Part shown: positions 60,509-64,000 of the stretch, one piece after another
How the letters are laid out: every line of letters begins with the position of its first letter
How positions within the stretch are numbered: position 1 is the stretch's first letter
Source: Bacteroidales bacterium
GTDB lineage: Bacteria > Bacteroidota > Bacteroidia > Bacteroidales > Bacteroidaceae
Length of the DNA stretch: 64,000 nt
Assembly: GCA_004555425.1 (NCBI GenBank)
Contig: SFID01000001.1
Location: 7,635 to 71,634, forward strand
Reading direction: 5' to 3'
Translations under genes and position numbers: made by a program
Notes under the pieces: model-generated
Database searches by the model: none
Told to the model about the DNA's origin: nothing
What the model saw: only the letters and a program-made list of their open reading frames with translations

Positions 60509-61852
60509 CTATTCCCCTCCGCATTCCGCCATTATCTGGCAGAGGCGGTCCTGGAAGTTGCGGCCTGCGGTGGCACTGGGGATGCCTTGGTTGATGATGG
60601 CGAAGGCTAGGCGGTGGCCATTCGAGGCGGTGAGATAGCCGGCTAGGGCACTGACGCCCGTGAGGGTGCCCGTCTTGGCGCAGACATTGCCTGCGGCACG
60701 CGTGCCGTGCATGCGCTTGGAGAGTGTGCCGTCCTTGGCCGCAATGGGGAGGGCGGGCAAGAGGTGGTCGTAGATGTTGCCATCCTTGTAGGCATAGCGG
60801 AGGAGGGTGACCAGGAGTTCGGGCGTCAGGTAGTTGTAGAGCGAGAGGCCGCTGCCATCGGCGATCTCGTAGTGGCGGCTGCCGATGCCGAGGCTGTCAA
60901 GGAGCTGCTGCGTGAGGCGGGCGGCCTCCTTGCGCCCAGCACCTCGTTTGCCAGAATAGGCCGCCGTCTGGTAGAAGATGGATTCGGCCATCTGGTTGTC
61001 GCTCTCCTTGAGAGTGGTGGTGAGCACTTGGTCGAGCGTGTGGGTGCACTCGGCAATGCACTGTGCGTTGGCGGGTATATGGGCCACCTTGGCCGTGCCG
61101 CTGAGGCGGATGCCCTTGTAGCGGAGCTGCTGGAGGAAGGCATCGCGAAAGGCTCCCTTGCCCTTGCCGCTCAGGAGGAAGGCATCCATAGGCGGATTGT
61201 CGTCGTCCCAGCACCAGCCCCAACCTGCCTCGCTCTCTTCCTTGAAAGAAGCATCGAAACAGACATTGCCCTTAATCTGCTTCACGCCTGCCTTGGCGAG
61301 GTCGGCCACGAGTTGCTTCAAGTCGCTGCTGCTGAGGATGGGGTCCATACAACCGCGGATGTAGAGGTTGCCGCACAATGTGCCATCGGTCTGGTCGATG
61401 CTGTCGGTTGTCAGGAGGAGGGTACGATAGCGATAATTCACTCCGAGGGTGCGCATGGCTGTGATGGCAGTGACGAGTTTCATGGTTGACGCGGGGCGGA
61501 GGCGCTGCTGGTGGCCGTGGAGGAAGATGGGGCAGTCGTCCGTCAGGTCGTAGACGCAGATGCCCACCTGCGAGGTCTGGAGAAGGGGGTCTTCGAGCGC
61601 TTGTTGGAGGGCGGTGGCCAGGGCCTGTTGGCTCCCGACGGCGGTGGGCGTGGGCTCAGAGGCCAGTTCGGGTGAGCTTATGGCGATGGGCTGGACGGGC
61701 ACCAATTTCTTCGTGGGCGCGCTGACCATTGCTGCTTCGGGCTCGTGATGCTCGTTGAGGGATGGCTGCGCGCTGGCCTGCTTGCTGGTGTGGCAGGAGG
61801 CTAGGGCTGCGCATAGCAGGACGGTTGTCAGGGATTTGGGGAGATGCTTCAT
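60509..61852 (-). CDS. dacB: D-alanyl-D-alanine carboxypeptidase/endopeptidase (PBP4, S13)
   Basis: PASTMK (SxxK), SDN, DGSGLS, KTG motifs; lipobox LASC. Confidence 0.93.
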   Translation of the reverse strand: MKHLPKSLTTVLLCAALASCHTSKQASAQPSLNEHHEPEAAMVSAPTKKLVPVQPIAISSPELASEPTPTAVGSQQALATALQQALEDPLLQTSQVGICVYDLTDDCPIFLHGHQQRLRPASTMKLVTAITAMRTLGVNYRYRTLLLTTDSIDQTDGTLCGNLYIRGCMDPILSSSDLKQLVADLAKAGVKQIKGNVCFDASFKEESEAGWGWCWDDDNPPMDAFLLSGKGKGAFRDAFLQQLRYKGIRLSGTAKVAHIPANAQCIAECTHTLDQVLTTTLKESDNQMAESIFYQTAAYSGKRGAGRKEAARLTQQLLDSLGIGSRHYEIADGSGLSLYNYLTPELLVTLLRYAYKDGNIYDHLLPALPIAAKDGTLSKRMHGTRAAGNVCAKTGTLTGVSALAGYLTASNGHRLAFAIINQGIPSATAGRNFQDRLCQIMAECGGE

Positions 61853-61926
61853 TCTTTTTGTTTTTGGGAGCGGAAATACTGGCGATACTGGCGGTATTGG
61901 CGATTCTTGCATCAACTACAAAAAAT

Positions 61927-61951
61927 AGGGCTGTGCCATTAGCACAGCCCT
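61927..61951 (-). terminator. Terminator after ompH genes
   Basis: AGGGCTGTGC-CATTA-GCACAGCCCT with A run on plus strand. Confidence 0.65.
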
Positions 61952-61967
61952 TGATTCTTTATGTTTT

Positions 61968-62537
61968 TTATTTTTGGCCAGCTTCGGCTTCGCGGAGGCG
62001 CTGCTGGGCTTTGGCTTCGTCGGCAGCGGTGATTCCGAGGCGCTTCTTGATGATCGGAGTGACGTCTTCGTTGAGCGCATCGTTGAGGAAGAGGCCCGTG
62101 GACTGTGCGGCGGTCTTGTCTACGATGTATACGTAGTTGCCTTCCTTGGCCACGGCGGTGACAGCTTCCTGCACGCGGAGGATGATGGGCTGCATACGCT
62201 TTTGCTGCTCGGCCTGGAGCGCCTTGTTGTTGTCTTCGTAGGCCTGCTGGAGGCGGTTCTCCATGTCCACGATTTCCTGCTGGCGGCGGGTGCGGATGTT
62301 TTCAGGCGTGTTCTCGTTGACTTCGTTCTTGTACTTCTCCACCTTGTTCTGATACTCGCGCTGCATGTCGGCGAAGTCTTTCTCGTAGTTGGCTGCGATG
62401 GTTTGGAGCTCATCCATGGCGGTCATGTAGGCGGGGAGGGCCTGTACTACGGACTGGTAATCAAAGCAAGCGAATTTCTGAGCCATCATGCTCAGGGGTG
62501 CTGCGCAGAAGAGCAGCAGTAGAATTTTCTTAATCAT
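61968..62537 (-). CDS. OmpH/Skp family chaperone
   Basis: Signal peptide, AQKFA, coiled coil, VAKEGNY.YI.D, DVT. Confidence 0.9.
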   Translation of the reverse strand: MIKKILLLLFCAAPLSMMAQKFACFDYQSVVQALPAYMTAMDELQTIAANYEKDFADMQREYQNKVEKYKNEVNENTPENIRTRRQQEIVDMENRLQQAYEDNNKALQAEQQKRMQPIILRVQEAVTAVAKEGNYVYIVDKTAAQSTGLFLNDALNEDVTPIIKKRLGITAADEAKAQQRLREAEAGQK

Positions 62538-62630
62538 TTTGTTTTGTATTATGTATATATATTATAGGCGTGTGAAAGGGGATGCCGCTGGTTTGCTCGG
62601 TGTGCTGAGCTGCGTGCAAAGATACGGATA

Positions 62631-63146
62631 TTATTTGGAATAGCCCAATCTGGCCAGTACCTCGTTGCTGATGTCAATGGCGGGCGAGGCAAAGATGATG
62701 CCGTTGTCGGCCGAGCGGTCGAGAACCAACTGGAAGCCTTTGGTCTGGGCGATACCTTTGACGGCGTTGTAGACTTCTTCCTGAATGGGTTCTATGAGTG
62801 CAACGCGCTTCTTGTAGAGTTCGCCTTCTGGACCGAAGTATTTCTTTTTGAGGTCGGCGGCTTCTTTCTCCTTGGCTACGATGGCCTCTTCGCGCTCTTT
62901 CTTCTGGGTTTCGGAGAGGAACATGGCCTCGTTCTGGTAGTTTTTGTAAAGGGTCTTGGCCTCGTTGTCGAGGGCTTCGACCTCGTCCTGCCAGCGGCGG
63001 GAGATTTGGTTGAGCTGTTCGTTGGCGCGCTCGTAGGCGGGGATATTGCTGAGGATGTATTCCATGTCGATGAGGGCGAATTTCTGTGCCGAGGCTGTGA
63101 GGCTGAATGCGCCCAGCAGCAAGGCGAGGGCTAGGAACTTTTTCAT
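62631..63146 (-). CDS. OmpH/Skp family chaperone
   Basis: AQKFALIDMEYIL, FGPEGEL, PIQ, DISNEVL..LGY. Confidence 0.93.
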   Translation of the reverse strand: MKKFLALALLLGAFSLTASAQKFALIDMEYILSNIPAYERANEQLNQISRRWQDEVEALDNEAKTLYKNYQNEAMFLSETQKKEREEAIVAKEKEAADLKKKYFGPEGELYKKRVALIEPIQEEVYNAVKGIAQTKGFQLVLDRSADNGIIFASPAIDISNEVLARLGYSK

Positions 63147-63206
63147 AGGATATGCTTGTTTGAGGGTGATTCGTATGTTGGGGGTAGGACGCTTGGCCCA
63201 TACCTT

Positions 63207-64000
63207 TTAGAACTCCTGACCAATGATGAAGTGGAACTGCGAGCCGCCCACCTTCTGGCCATTGATGTATTTCGTGAAACCATAGGCCCAGTCGATACCC
63301 ATCAGGCCGACCATGGGCAGGAGGATGCGGACACCGACACCTGCCGACTGGCGCATGTTGAAGGGGTTGAACTTGCGCGCGTTGGTCCAGGCGTTACCGC
63401 CTTCGAGGAAGGCGAGGGCGTACATACTGGTGGTGGCTTCGAGCATCAGGGGATAGCGAAGTTCGAGGGTCATGCGTGAGTAGGCGTAGGCATTCTCGCC
63501 ATTGTTGCCCGCCAGCGAGCCGTTGTCGTAACCGCGGAGGCCGATGGTTTCGGTGGCATAGCCAGTGGAATATCCCGACATGCCGTCGCCACCGACATAG
63601 TAGGTTTCGAAGGGCGACTTCTTCCATTTGTTGTAGGCGCCGAGGATACCAAATTCTGCGCGCGTCATGAGGACGGGACACTTTACCTGACCCGAGAGGG
63701 CGGTGAAGGTGCGGAACTTCATGTGCCACTTGTGGTACTCTATCCAGCGATATTTCTCTTGCGCCTCGCGCTGATAGGAAGAGCTCTGGTAGTTGTTGGC
63801 CAAGTTCTTGTAGTCGCGGCCGTCCCAGAGTGAATAGGGCGGAGTGAGGGTGACGGAGGCCTGGAACTCGGAACCCTTGCGCGGGAAGAAGGGATGGTCC
63901 GTTGAGGCGCGGTTGAGGTTCAGCGTGAGGTTGATGTTGTTGCAATTACCATCCGAGATGAGGAAGTACTGCCAACTCTTCAGTATATAGCGCGTGTAGG
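63207..64000 (-). CDS. bamA: Outer-membrane protein assembly factor BamA, 3' part
   Basis: LRGY motif, SAGVGVRI.LP.VGL.GIDWAYGF, C-terminal FHFIIGQEF; upstream of ompH pair. Confidence 0.95.
   Translation of the reverse strand, partial: YTRYILKSWQYFLISDGNCNNINLTLNLNRASTDHPFFPRKGSEFQASVTLTPPYSLWDGRDYKNLANNYQSSSYQREAQEKYRWIEYHKWHMKFRTFTALSGQVKCPVLMTRAEFGILGAYNKWKKSPFETYYVGGDGMSGYSTGYATETIGLRGYDNGSLAGNNGENAYAYSRMTLELRYPLMLEATTSMYALAFLEGGNAWTNARKFNPFNMRQSAGVGVRILLPMVGLMGIDWAYGFTKYINGQKVGGSQFHFIIGQEF

Overview
Bacteroidales (Prevotellaceae-like, high-GC) chromosomal window. It is mostly housekeeping genes: an ECF sigma/anti-sigma operon, acpP-fabF-rnc, hflX, frr, rsgA, ansA, dut-TPR-DUF4292-envC-nadA, ptb-buk, the T9SS core porP-porKLMN, metF, holB, glnA(GSIII)-purF-pyrG-dapF-dapL, dacB, ompH x2 and the bamA 3' end. 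Accessory coding content comprises a putative iron-uptake/cytochrome c locus (hemerythrin-LuxR regulator, porin, circularly permuted imelysin, a di-heme protein interrupted by an in-frame TAG, CcsBA), a metal/B12 ABC pair and two T9SS cargo proteins. The most unusual signal is intergenic. A 13-bp arm (GTAACTACTCAGG / CCTGAGTAGTTAC) occurs 12 times at four loci and forms loxP-like 13-8-13 sites. At three loci it sits at the end of the same ~375-bp promoter-bearing 'leader' and brackets a different non-coding cargo each time. One cargo is a ~410-nt, almost fully base-paired multi-junction structure (candidate large ncRNA or ssDNA fold). Several other palindromic repeat families, a candidate sRNA, two likely RNase III hairpins and an unannotated 55-aa ORF are also present. 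No transposase, integrase, cas gene, rRNA or tRNA was seen. All calls are from reading the sequence; no searches were run.
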